From: Candidatus Thorarchaeota archaeon
GTDB taxonomy: Archaea; Asgardarchaeota; Thorarchaeia; Thorarchaeales; Thorarchaeaceae
Length of the DNA stretch: 64,000 nt
Reading direction: 5' to 3'
Assembly: GCA_016933575.1 (NCBI GenBank)
Contig: JAFGAR010000081.1
Coordinates: forward strand, 201,020 to 265,019
Shown: positions 46,544 through 56,638 of the stretch, piece by piece
How the letters are laid out: each line of letters starts with the position of its first letter
How positions within the stretch are numbered: the stretch's first letter is position 1
Notes under the pieces: model-generated
Database searches by the model: none
What the model saw: only the letters and a program-made list of their open reading frames with translations
Told to the model about the DNA's origin: nothing
Position numbers and translations under genes: made by a program

Positions 46544-48472
46544 CTACCTTGTCAATCCTTTGGGCTTGAGTTCATCTACAACAAAGTCTAAACCGAGTTC
46601 ATGTAGCTTGGTTTCTTTGGGGAATCCGGTTTCCTTGTCACATCCCCGATACTCATAGTATTCATCAAGCATCTCATCAAGATCTGGAAGACCGCCCTTT
46701 GCAGGTCCTGTGGGCATTGGTTCTTTCAAGAGTCTAGGTGGAAGTGTTTCCTCTTTTCTGGTCACTCCTAATCTGTGGTTGAATGCACGTCTGAGATGAC
46801 TAATTCTCTCTGCTGTCTGGCGTACGTATTTTTGATTACCCCACTCCTCCATCCCTGTTAAGGATGGAATGACATTCACAAAGGTATCAAAGTAGAACAC
46901 TGGAGGCCACATGGTTGCATATTTGCAGATAACTGCTGAGTCAACGAGGGCATAGAGGTCTTCCATATCCCACACAACCTGACCCTTATACTTCGGTGAC
47001 ATGATGTCAAGTATTTCATCTGCCTTCTCTTTTCCAAAACGTTCAATGACAATATCTGGATATCCGAGCTCTTCGAGACTTGAGAGGCTCCGGAGGTGAT
47101 CTGCTCCTCGTACATTAGTTGCATAAGTCAGGCCAATACTCTGGTGCGCCCGTGGGTCCTGTCCAGAGGCCTCGAGACCCTTCACATGCACTGCATATCT
47201 CCAGGCATCTCCACCTATCTGTTCTGCTGCCTTTCTAACACCATTTGCCAGGATCTTACCAATCCCTTTACGCTTTGCAATCAGCTCAACTAGCTGGACC
47301 TGAGCCTCTTGATTGCCCCATGTGAGTTCAATTCCATCAGTGTCTTTCTTTGTCAAGATACCTTTCTCATAGAGTTCCATTGCGAATCCAATGGTCTTTC
47401 CACAAGAGATGGTGTCAAGTCCGAGAAGGTCACACCGCTTCCCAAGGTGAAAGATAGACTCGATGTCATTGTTCAGGCAGTTCGAACCGAAGGCCATAAG
47501 CGTCTCATACTCCGGTCCTCCAATGGGATCTGTCGGATAGTCACCATCATTGACTCGGATGATGTATTTACAACCAACTGCACACCCATGACATGCTTCC
47601 TGTGCAATCCTGTATTTCTCAGCAATGATCTCCGGACCGATATCATCTGCAAACTCGTAGAATCCTGTCCAGTGGTTCTTTGTTGGTAGTCTTCCTATCT
47701 CATTGATGACTGCAACAAGGTCTGTAGTCCCATACTTACGGAGTGATGCCAAGGAGTCCTTCCAGAGTGGGTCACTGAGTTTCTCCATCTCACGAGCATT
47801 AGCCTCAAGATATTTGTCCATGTCGTAAGCTTCGATACCAAGCGAGCCCGAGGCTGCCAGACCCTTTACATTCTTTGAACCCAAAACAGCTCCGAGACCA
47901 GCTCTTCCTGCAGCACGATAGAAATCAACGATGACCGAGCTATAGGGTACGCCATTCTCACCTGCAGGTCCAATAACTGCAGTCTCTATTGTTGGGTCTT
48001 TAAGTCCCTCTCGAATCATCTGGGTTGTGATGTTTGTTTCCTGGCCCCAGAGATGTGATGCATCCTTGAGTTCAGCCTTTCCATCGTTCATGAAGAGATA
48101 GACAGGTCTCTTTGAACGACCATTGAAGATTACGAAGTCAAATCCTGCGTACTTCATCTCTGGTCCAAAGAAACCACCAACGTGACTCTCAGCCCATACA
48201 CCTGTTAGAGGACCTCTTGCTGCAAACATCATTCTCCCTGAAGGAGAGAACATGGAACCAGTGAGGGGTCCTGTTCCAACTATAAGTACATTATCTGGTG
48301 AGAGTGGGTCAGTCTTTGGTCCGGTCCGCTCCCAGAGAATCTTGGATGCTACACCACTACCTCCCAGGTATAGTCTAGCCCACTCTTTCTCCATCTCCTT
48401 TTTGTGAACGATACCTTTGGTGAGATCAACCTCGAGGTAATGGCCTGCATAACCCTTGTATGGAAATGTCAT
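46544..48472 (-). CDS. Tungsten aldehyde:ferredoxin oxidoreductase family protein (second paralog)
   Basis: GPEMKYAGFD, GPEYET, GLDTIS, RGADH. Confidence 0.93.
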   Translation of the reverse strand: MTFPYKGYAGHYLEVDLTKGIVHKKEMEKEWARLYLGGSGVASKILWERTGPKTDPLSPDNVLIVGTGPLTGSMFSPSGRMMFAARGPLTGVWAESHVGGFFGPEMKYAGFDFVIFNGRSKRPVYLFMNDGKAELKDASHLWGQETNITTQMIREGLKDPTIETAVIGPAGENGVPYSSVIVDFYRAAGRAGLGAVLGSKNVKGLAASGSLGIEAYDMDKYLEANAREMEKLSDPLWKDSLASLRKYGTTDLVAVINEIGRLPTKNHWTGFYEFADDIGPEIIAEKYRIAQEACHGCAVGCKYIIRVNDGDYPTDPIGGPEYETLMAFGSNCLNNDIESIFHLGKRCDLLGLDTISCGKTIGFAMELYEKGILTKKDTDGIELTWGNQEAQVQLVELIAKRKGIGKILANGVRKAAEQIGGDAWRYAVHVKGLEASGQDPRAHQSIGLTYATNVRGADHLRSLSSLEELGYPDIVIERFGKEKADEILDIMSPKYKGQVVWDMEDLYALVDSAVICKYATMWPPVFYFDTFVNVIPSLTGMEEWGNQKYVRQTAERISHLRRAFNHRLGVTRKEETLPPRLLKEPMPTGPAKGGLPDLDEMLDEYYEYRGCDKETGFPKETKLHELGLDFVVDELKPKGLTR

Positions 48473-48960
48473 TCTTGCCCCTCCTCAATCTGAATTCTTA
48501 GTGTTCTAAAGGCTGGAGTGACTCCTCTTCTTCGCTGTTGAAGACCTGATGGTTCTCGCTTTACTAGAGTGATAGCTCCATACTCACATGCCTTCGCGCA
48601 TGCAGGGTCTCCTGAGCATAGGTCACACTTCACTGCCTTCTTTGTCACTGGATCGATAGCAATGCCGCCATATACACATGCAGTCACACAGTTCATGCAA
48701 CCAATACAGAGCGCACTATCTACATAGAGAATACCATATTCGTTCTCAATAATTGCTCCATTGGGACATGCTTCTTGGCACAGCGGGTCTTCGCATTGGA
48801 GACATACCATTGGTAACAACATATTCCTCACCTCGTCCTTCAGAATCTGTATCCTTGACCGCTTAGGATTGAAGGACTGGGAGTGCACCACGGAACAGGC
48901 AAGTTCACAATTACGACACCCGGTACAACGATTGATGTCGATGGTAAGTATCTCGCTCAT
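48469..48960 (-). CDS. 4Fe-4S dicluster protein (AOR partner)
   Basis: CTGCRNC, CLQCEDPLC, CIGCMNC, KCDLC. Confidence 0.9.
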   Translation of the reverse strand: MSEILTIDINRCTGCRNCELACSVVHSQSFNPKRSRIQILKDEVRNMLLPMVCLQCEDPLCQEACPNGAIIENEYGILYVDSALCIGCMNCVTACVYGGIAIDPVTKKAVKCDLCSGDPACAKACEYGAITLVKREPSGLQQRRRGVTPAFRTLRIQIEEGQE

Positions 48961-49143
48961 GAGACAATCACTCCAGTGATTTAATCGGCTTCTTCCTTCT
49001 CTTTATCATGCCTTTAAGGTGTTCCTCTTGGACGCCATACATCCTACAAACATATTAGTGGAGCAGATTTTGATTTCCTATCTCAGCATATTGTGTTCAC
49101 TATGCCCTGAACTCGTAAAAGTAATAGCTGTAGATGTGGGACT

Positions 49144-50946
49144 ATGAGACCGTCATATCAACGAGAGCCGTCCCCAGAGAGGCTACAATTTAGACAAGTC
49201 GCAGATGAAATGCTCATACCAGTAGTTGAGTTCGATCTAGATTTTATTATGCAATATGCCAATCCTGCTGCCATCGAGATGCTGCAACTGAATGTGCATC
49301 GATTCAATGCAGGTATTCATGCTGATGATCTAGTACTTGCTGAACAACAGGCTCTTATCCATGAAGGTCTGAATCTTTTACGTGCCGGGTCTGTTCCCAC
49401 GTCAATCTCCCTTCGTCTCATCAAGGGGACTGGTGTAGCTATTCCTTCTCAAGTCTATGCTGATGCTATCACCAATGGGTCTGATGTGGCTGGATTTGTT
49501 GTCTATGCTGTTGACTTGACTCGGAGAGAGGCTGCAGAAGCAAAGATACTCTCTCGTAAAGAAGTCTTAGAGTTCATGGTTGACTATTACAGCTTTAGCG
49601 GCATTATCATCGTGGATAACAAGTATACCTTTGAGTATGTTAATGACAAGATGTGCGACATCCTTGGAAGGATGCGTAGTGAGGTCCTTGGGCATGACTT
49701 TCGTGAATTCCTCCATCACGATAGTGTTGATCTGGTGGCTGACCGCTATCGAAGGCGGCAGATGGGCGAAGAGGTTCCATCTGAGTATGAACTCAAGATT
49801 GTTCGGAAGGATGGAGAAATTCGTGATATTCGAATGAATGTGGGTGCAATTCAGGGAAAGGATGGAAAGACCCGGACGGTTGCTCAACTCCTCGATATCA
49901 CTGATGAGAATCGCCGTGCTCATGCGCTTGAAGAATCTGAACATAGATACCGTTCTCTCATCGAGACCATGGATTCTGGCCTAAGTGTTGATAATGGCGA
50001 TGGTAGGATGGTGCTGGTCAATAATGCTCTTTGTAGAATGTTGGGCTATGATTCTCCTCCAGAACTCATTGGTCATCGTATAACCGAGATTCTTCACGGG
50101 TGGACTGAAAACCATGTCCATGAGAAGGTCGAGGCACGAAAGGCTGGAAAGATCGAGCATTACGAGGCGCAACTTATCCACAAGACTGGCGGCGTGGTCC
50201 CGGTTGTGGTCACTGCCACACCAGTATTAGATAAGAATGGGCAATATATGGGATCCATGGGAGTCTTTACAGATATCTCTGAGCTCAAGAAGACAGAAGC
50301 AGAGGTACACTTTCTCTTGGACCTCCTTCTTCACGATATTGGCAATCAATTGCAATTGATCATCGCAGGTGGAGACTTCTTAGAAAAAGACATACCGTCT
50401 GAACAGATACTCCGATCAAAACGCTACATAATGGACGGAGCCTTAAGATGTCTTGAACTGATCCAAAAGGTGCGACGTGCTGAGGAGTCGAAGTCTGAAC
50501 CTTTATCTCCTACTCATCTGTGCACCGTAGCCGAGGCGGAAGCAGAGCTTCTATTCAAACAAAGGGGTGTCCGTGCAGACCTCTGTGGGTTGGAGCAAGA
50601 TGTCGTTGTCTATGCAGATCAGGCATTGAGCCAATTGATCTGGAACCTTCTTGAGAATGCAGTGATTCATAATAATAAGGAAGACAAAGACAAGAACATC
50701 GAGGTATCTGGACGGTCCGAGGATGACCAATTCATACTTACAATCGCTGATAATGGTCCCGGTATTCCAAATGGCAAGAAGAACGAGCTCTTTGACCCTA
50801 CTAGACGATACGGCGGGGTCGGCCTGCATCTGGTCCGTCGTCTTGCTGAGAAGTATAGTGGAAGCTCACCTATTGTTCGAGACCGTGTGACTGACCATCC
50901 CGAAGAGGGTCTGGCCATCGATATACGCTTCCGCGTAGTCAAGTGA
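49144..50946 (+). CDS. Cytoplasmic histidine kinase with three PAS domains
   Basis: PAS repeats, HDIGN, NLLENA, DNGPGI, GVGL. Confidence 0.9.
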   Translation: MRPSYQREPSPERLQFRQVADEMLIPVVEFDLDFIMQYANPAAIEMLQLNVHRFNAGIHADDLVLAEQQALIHEGLNLLRAGSVPTSISLRLIKGTGVAIPSQVYADAITNGSDVAGFVVYAVDLTRREAAEAKILSRKEVLEFMVDYYSFSGIIIVDNKYTFEYVNDKMCDILGRMRSEVLGHDFREFLHHDSVDLVADRYRRRQMGEEVPSEYELKIVRKDGEIRDIRMNVGAIQGKDGKTRTVAQLLDITDENRRAHALEESEHRYRSLIETMDSGLSVDNGDGRMVLVNNALCRMLGYDSPPELIGHRITEILHGWTENHVHEKVEARKAGKIEHYEAQLIHKTGGVVPVVVTATPVLDKNGQYMGSMGVFTDISELKKTEAEVHFLLDLLLHDIGNQLQLIIAGGDFLEKDIPSEQILRSKRYIMDGALRCLELIQKVRRAEESKSEPLSPTHLCTVAEAEAELLFKQRGVRADLCGLEQDVVVYADQALSQLIWNLLENAVIHNNKEDKDKNIEVSGRSEDDQFILTIADNGPGIPNGKKNELFDPTRRYGGVGLHLVRRLAEKYSGSSPIVRDRVTDHPEEGLAIDIRFRVVK

Positions 50947-51016
50947 ATTTTGAGTGACCGCAAGCATTATGTCATATCGTTGTAAGAGGTGACTCCGTAT
51001 TGGAGGAACATCGAAT

Positions 51017-52411
51017 ATGTGCCCAGACTCTATATTGATCAAGAACGGGTATATCCTGACCCTGAATCCACAACGTCACATCATTCAGGATGGTGCGATC
51101 CATATTGAGGGAAACAAGATTGTTGATATTGGAAAGACTGAGAGTCTAAAGAGACATAAGGCAGAGACCATCATTGATGCAACGAATAAGATAGTCATGC
51201 CTGGTCTTATTGACACCCACATGCACCTTGCACAGGCATTGATTCGTGGGTGTGCTGATGATGTATCCCTTGTTGACTGGTTGAAGAAGTATGTCTGGGT
51301 ACTTCAGGGCAACTTCACCAAGGAGGATGGTAAGGTCTCTGCAGAACTCTGTATGGCTGAGATGATCCGAACAGGGACTACATCATTCATTGAATGCATG
51401 ATTCATACACGCTATGGCTTTGACGGGATTGCCAAGAGTCTTGAGAGGGTTGGAATGCGAGGTGCCTTGTCTAAGATAGTGATGGACTCCACCGGATACG
51501 CTGATAGCTCTGAGATTATGTATCCCGGGATGGTCGAGGATGCCGAGGCATGTCTTGCAGAGGTTGAACAGATGTATCCTCGTTGGCATGGCAAGGCGAA
51601 TGGACGGATACAGGTATGGTATGGTCTCCGGTCTCTTGGTGGTGTCACTCCTGAGTTATTCCGAGAGGTTGCTCATCTGACCCGAGAGAAGAAGACCAAG
51701 ATGACCATGCATCTAGGCGAGGTGGTTGATGACGTCCGCTTTGTCAAAGATAACTATGGTACAAATCTTACCGGATTCGCAAGACAGAACAATCTACTTG
51801 GTCCTGAGATGATCTTCGCACACGGTATTCATTTTGAGGATGCCGAATTGAAGATCCTTGCAGAAACCCGATCGAACATCTGCCATTGTCCGGCAAGCAA
51901 TACAAAACTTGCCTCTGGATTTGCGAAGATACCTCAGATGCTAGAGCTCGGAGTCCCTGTGTCCCTCGGGTGTGATGGTGGTCCCAGTAACAATACCTAT
52001 GATATGATTCGCGAGATGCGACTTGCAGCTCTCATCCACAAACCCATCGCGAAGGACCCTCTTGTCGTGAGTGCTGAGGATGTCATCGAAATGGCTACTC
52101 TGGGGGGTGCAGTTGCCATGGGGACTGATGATAAGGTTGGGTCTCTCGAAGTCGGGAAACTTGCAGACATCATCCTGATAGACATGCATGAGTTAGGACT
52201 GACCCCTGCGGTGAATCCTGTGTCCAGTCTTGTATATAGCGGGAGTGGTCAGAGCGTCGACACTGTGATTGTTGATGGGAAGGCGCTCATGAGTGACAAG
52301 CAGTTGCTGACTCTTGATGTCGAGAGTATCATGACTAAAGCTCGGTCGCATATAGTTGATCTTCTAGAACGCTCAGAGGTGGACATCCATCCGAAGTGGC
52401 CTGTTCTCTAG
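51017..52411 (+). CDS. Amidohydrolase (nucleobase/nucleoside deaminase, MtaD/SsnA-like)
   Basis: DTHMH, HLGE, AHG, CPASN, LGCDG. Confidence 0.88.
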   Translation: MCPDSILIKNGYILTLNPQRHIIQDGAIHIEGNKIVDIGKTESLKRHKAETIIDATNKIVMPGLIDTHMHLAQALIRGCADDVSLVDWLKKYVWVLQGNFTKEDGKVSAELCMAEMIRTGTTSFIECMIHTRYGFDGIAKSLERVGMRGALSKIVMDSTGYADSSEIMYPGMVEDAEACLAEVEQMYPRWHGKANGRIQVWYGLRSLGGVTPELFREVAHLTREKKTKMTMHLGEVVDDVRFVKDNYGTNLTGFARQNNLLGPEMIFAHGIHFEDAELKILAETRSNICHCPASNTKLASGFAKIPQMLELGVPVSLGCDGGPSNNTYDMIREMRLAALIHKPIAKDPLVVSAEDVIEMATLGGAVAMGTDDKVGSLEVGKLADIILIDMHELGLTPAVNPVSSLVYSGSGQSVDTVIVDGKALMSDKQLLTLDVESIMTKARSHIVDLLERSEVDIHPKWPVL

Positions 52412-52415
52412 TACT

Positions 52416-53618
52416 CTATGAGATGATGGCCTCTCGTTCGAACAATTTTGCACCGATGAGCAGGAACACTATGGTAAAGCCCATCATGTAGGCGACATTG
52501 ATAGAGAGCCCTATTAGAGTCCCAGTCCCTGCGAGTACTGCATTCAGGAAGAGAATCGCATGACTGAATGGTATAGCAAGGATGAACCATCCTAAGACCC
52601 CGCCATATTGCAGAATACTTCCCGTGAAACCGAGTATTCCTATGACGAAGGTTGGGATGAGCATGACCATGCTGTTCACTGACTCTGCAGTTGCTCTGTC
52701 CTTTGCAAGGCATGATATCACCACTCCTATCCCGATCGCACACAGAAGTACCAGGAACTGACAGAACATGATGAGCGGAATTGTGTTCGCGTTCACTGTA
52801 TAGGTGTTGATGTTTACCTGTTGATATTCGGGGGGAAGTCCTGCAACTCTCAGAATGATTGAGTAGTTGTAGGTGAGAATTCCTACTGCGGTGAACACAG
52901 AATAGATTGCCGTGAGAGCCACGCCTGCAACAAGCTTTGAACCAAGTATCTTGATTCGACTCATTGGAACTACCAGTAATGCCTCAAGTGTCTTTGACTC
53001 TCGCTCCCCTGCAAAAGACTTGCTAATGTATGGTGCAGGCGCGAGAACCGAGGTCAACATGACCAGGAAGATGGCCAACTGATGTCCGTAATTTGCTTCT
53101 GGGGCTATTGTATACCAGTTCACACTGAGGTCTCGCACGACGATAACCTCGTTGATGACAATCTTTGAGAAGGCGTCTAATCGTGCTGCCGCAGCAGTTG
53201 CCCTGAAATTACCAGTATTCACCCAGATCACCATGGTGGTTTCGTTATTGAGCAGTAGATCTTGCGTAAAGTTCTCAGGTATCCACACCCACACCGAGAC
53301 CGTCTTTTCTATGACCATCCTCTCTCCTTCAGCCCGTGATACATTGACAAGGGGGTCAATCAGGAGTATTGTTTTGTTCTTCACAATCTCCTCGTACAAT
53401 GTTCTGGCCCATTCACCATCATCCTCAACAGTAATGTAGACCATCTCTGATTCTTCTGATGTTTGGGCAACAATGAAGGATAGAAATGCTCCTTGGAACA
53501 CCCACGCAAACATCGGACTGATGATGAAACCAAGGATGAGCCAACGCGAGCGGAAGACCTCCCTGACCTCTTTCCGTATCATCCAGAGTGTCTTGACATC
53601 TAATGCTGGCCGTTTCAT
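52416..53618 (-). CDS. ABC-2 type permease
   Basis: GERESKTLEALL..P, ILGSKL, TM helices. Confidence 0.88.
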   Translation of the reverse strand: MKRPALDVKTLWMIRKEVREVFRSRWLILGFIISPMFAWVFQGAFLSFIVAQTSEESEMVYITVEDDGEWARTLYEEIVKNKTILLIDPLVNVSRAEGERMVIEKTVSVWVWIPENFTQDLLLNNETTMVIWVNTGNFRATAAAARLDAFSKIVINEVIVVRDLSVNWYTIAPEANYGHQLAIFLVMLTSVLAPAPYISKSFAGERESKTLEALLVVPMSRIKILGSKLVAGVALTAIYSVFTAVGILTYNYSIILRVAGLPPEYQQVNINTYTVNANTIPLIMFCQFLVLLCAIGIGVVISCLAKDRATAESVNSMVMLIPTFVIGILGFTGSILQYGGVLGWFILAIPFSHAILFLNAVLAGTGTLIGLSINVAYMMGFTIVFLLIGAKLFEREAIIS

Positions 53619-54397
53619 AGTGCACCCTCTCCATACACTCCTTCACCTGTCACGAGACCGGTGAATACTTCCTCAAGATTAGCAGCCTTGAATTTCTCTT
53701 CCAATTGACTTGGTTTTCCTACAGCAATTAGCTTCCCCTCGTTGAGGATTCCCACCCTATCACAGAGCTCTTTCACCTCATTGAGGTCGTGTGTTGTGAG
53801 GATTATTGTCCGCTGCTCCTCAGCGCTCAGTTTCTTCAGAAGATTCCGAACCACTCGTGCTCCCAGTGTGTCTATTGCAGTGGTTGGTTCATCAAGGAAC
53901 AGAATCTCTGGCTCAATGACCAAGGCTCGTGCAACAAGCACCTTGCGTTTCATACCACCACTAAAACCCTTTACCTGATAGTCCTCTTTGTCTTTCAATC
54001 CTACTATCTGAAGCAGTCTATCAGCTCTCTTTTCCAGATCCTCTTCTGGGATTCCGTAGAGCCCTCCATAATAGACCAGGTTCTCTCGTGCCGTGAGTCT
54101 ATCGTAGATCCCTGCCTCTTGAGGCAGGAGCCCTACTCGTTCTCGAATGTAGTCGATGTCTTCAGTGACATCTTTTCCCAGAACGAATGCCCTTCCCTCA
54201 GTAGGGGTAAGCAAGCCTACCAGGATACGAATGAGAGTTGTCTTCCCGGCACCATTGGTTCCAAGGAGTCCAAAGACCTCTCCTCTGTGAATCTCTAGGT
54301 CGACGTTATCGAGAGCTCGCACTTCTCTCTTTTTGCCCTTCTCAAAGATCTTTGTGAGTCCTTCAGTTCTGATGACAATATCTCCTTCTATTACCAT
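53615..54397 (-). CDS. ABC transporter ATP-binding protein
   Basis: GTNGAGKT, FSGGM, LFLDEPT, TTH. Confidence 0.93.
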   Translation of the reverse strand: MVIEGDIVIRTEGLTKIFEKGKKREVRALDNVDLEIHRGEVFGLLGTNGAGKTTLIRILVGLLTPTEGRAFVLGKDVTEDIDYIRERVGLLPQEAGIYDRLTARENLVYYGGLYGIPEEDLEKRADRLLQIVGLKDKEDYQVKGFSGGMKRKVLVARALVIEPEILFLDEPTTAIDTLGARVVRNLLKKLSAEEQRTIILTTHDLNEVKELCDRVGILNEGKLIAVGKPSQLEEKFKAANLEEVFTGLVTGEGVYGEGAL

Positions 54398-54422
54398 GTC
54401 TTCTTGCTCCTTCTGGGCGGAA

Positions 54423-55199
54423 TTATTTTACATGCTCAACCTTTGGAAATGGTGGTTCGCCTTTCAGGTCAAGGAGATACTCGTAGGCTCTAGCGGTCTC
54501 CTCATCCCCACCCTCGATAAACAGAGTTACTGAACCCTCAGCTCCATTTACACCGCCTGCGGCAATTGGAATTGCTTCCACTTCAAAGAGTGCCTCTAAA
54601 GCCTCAATCTCTGTGAAGGTGATACCTTGCGTCACTGCCATAATGCCTACTGGAGTACCAATCGCATAGTCCCAGTCATCCTTGCCAAATTGACCGCAGA
54701 ACTCATCATATGATGCAGGAATGCACTTCTCAAGACCAACAGCCATGATGATTTTGATATTCTTCGCACAGGCTGCTCCAATGAAGGCTCCGACAGTACC
54801 CCCGGTGGGACTTGCAAGCAATACGAGTGGCGTGTAGTTCTCATCTATAGCATTTGCATTCTTGATGATGACATCATCCGGACCAAGCTTGTCCAAGATG
54901 TCCACGACCTTGGTGTTCTCCACATACTGGCCCTTATGGAAGATGGCATCTGTATACCTCTTTGTCCCATCTGTGATTGCTAGACCTTTCGGGACCACAA
55001 TACCTGCAATATGTCGTGTCTTGTCGTACTCTCCAAGTATCTCCTCGACGATGTATCCCGAGGTTGTCCCCATGGTTATACAGAGGTAGCCATTCTTTAG
55101 AGCATTCTGCACCACATTAGTCGCCAGAATACCTCTTGCTATCAGTCGTTTGCTCTCTGCTGGTGTCAGTGTCACGAGTAGTTTCTTCATTGGCTTCAC
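54423..55199 (-). CDS. Conserved-looking hypothetical protein
   Basis: 258-aa ORF overlapping the purB stop; LTPAESKRLIA, GGTVG, AAGGVNGAEG. Confidence 0.75.
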   Translation of the reverse strand: MKPMKKLLVTLTPAESKRLIARGILATNVVQNALKNGYLCITMGTTSGYIVEEILGEYDKTRHIAGIVVPKGLAITDGTKRYTDAIFHKGQYVENTKVVDILDKLGPDDVIIKNANAIDENYTPLVLLASPTGGTVGAFIGAACAKNIKIIMAVGLEKCIPASYDEFCGQFGKDDWDYAIGTPVGIMAVTQGITFTEIEALEALFEVEAIPIAAGGVNGAEGSVTLFIEGGDEETARAYEYLLDLKGEPPFPKVEHVK

Positions 55200-56551
55200 T
55201 CCAGTGTCTTTGTATATTCTAATTCTGCATTTTGGACGATATGTCTTGAAACCTCGCGAATGCTATTATAGTATTCTTCAATATTGACCTTGTCCATGTC
55301 AAGGATTTCCTTCAGCTCCGAGTCTGAGCGGACTGCATCAAAGAGTCCGGTCTTCTTCTCCTTTGCGTACACGCTGAATGACCTGAGCTTCTCATGCGCC
55401 TTTGGTCTTTCAAGACCAGCCTTCGTGAGCAGTGTGACAATGTACTCGCTGAAAATTGAATCGCCTGCAAGGCTGAGGTTCTTCTCTATTGCTGAGGTAT
55501 CAATCTCCAGTCCGTCAATCACACGGGTCAGTTCCCTCACAAGATAGTCTGTGAGGATGAATGCCTGGGGGATGACAAATCTCTCGGTGGAGGAGTGTGA
55601 TATGTCCCGTTCTTCCCAGCTCACTACGTTCTCAAGGGCTGGTGCTGCCAGAGCCCTCACTAGTCGTGCAAGACCTGAAATCTTTTCACAGGTCACAGGA
55701 TTTCTCTTATGGGGCATGGCTGATGAGCCTACCTGTTTTCCTCTAGCAAAGGGTTCGAAGGTCTCAGCAATCTCAGTTCTCTGAAGATTTCTCAGGTCTG
55801 TGGCAATCTTATCGATACTAGCTGAGAGATTAGCAAGAGCTGAGACCGCTTCCGCAATGCGGTCACGTTGGATGATCTGGGTTGTGGCAATCGGAACCTG
55901 TAAGCCTAGGTTCTCGAGGACCTTTTTCTGCATCTCAAGACCCTGCAATCCAAGCGCAGCATGACTACCAGTTGCTCCTGAGATCTTTCCAACCATTGTT
56001 GATAATTTTGCATTTCTTATACGTCTCTTGTGGCGGATCATCTCATCCAGCCAGACTGAGAATCTAATACCGTAGGTTATTGGTACCGCGTGCTGGCCAT
56101 GGGACCTCCCTACTGCAATCAGGTCCTTTGTTTCATGAGCCTTCATGAGAAGGGCTTCACATAGGATATCGATCTGAGGCAAGAGAACTTCAAAGGCCTC
56201 TTTCAATTGCAGTCCAAGAGCTGTGTCCTTGATGTCATTACTTGTCAGACCAAAATGGACCCATCGCGCTCCGGGACCCGAGCACTTCTCAGCAATCGCC
56301 TCGAAGAGTGCCGTAACATCATGTCTTGTCTTACTCTCAATCTCCATTGTCCGTTCAAGAGTGACAATGTCCGGTCGCGCAGTCTTCTTGATATCCTTTG
56401 CAGCCTCTTTAGGGATCATTGCTAGGTCTGATTGTGCCTCCGCTACCGCGGCCTCTATCTCAAGCCATAGTGCATGCCGCTTTTCCTCTTCAAAGATAGT
56501 GACCATATCTTGATGGCCATAACGTCCATAATCAATTGGGCTGACAGGCAT
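55196..56551 (-). CDS. purB: Adenylosuccinate lyase
   Basis: RHDV, HFGLTSND, GRSHGQHA, GSSAMPHKRNP. Confidence 0.95.
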   Translation of the reverse strand: MPVSPIDYGRYGHQDMVTIFEEEKRHALWLEIEAAVAEAQSDLAMIPKEAAKDIKKTARPDIVTLERTMEIESKTRHDVTALFEAIAEKCSGPGARWVHFGLTSNDIKDTALGLQLKEAFEVLLPQIDILCEALLMKAHETKDLIAVGRSHGQHAVPITYGIRFSVWLDEMIRHKRRIRNAKLSTMVGKISGATGSHAALGLQGLEMQKKVLENLGLQVPIATTQIIQRDRIAEAVSALANLSASIDKIATDLRNLQRTEIAETFEPFARGKQVGSSAMPHKRNPVTCEKISGLARLVRALAAPALENVVSWEERDISHSSTERFVIPQAFILTDYLVRELTRVIDGLEIDTSAIEKNLSLAGDSIFSEYIVTLLTKAGLERPKAHEKLRSFSVYAKEKKTGLFDAVRSDSELKEILDMDKVNIEEYYNSIREVSRHIVQNAELEYTKTLE

Positions 56552-56638
56552 GATACTTCCTTCTTACTTCTTCTTGAATTCTCATCCTTGATATGGTTTA
56601 CCTTCTATCCCGTACTGTACTATGAAACAGTTATCTGC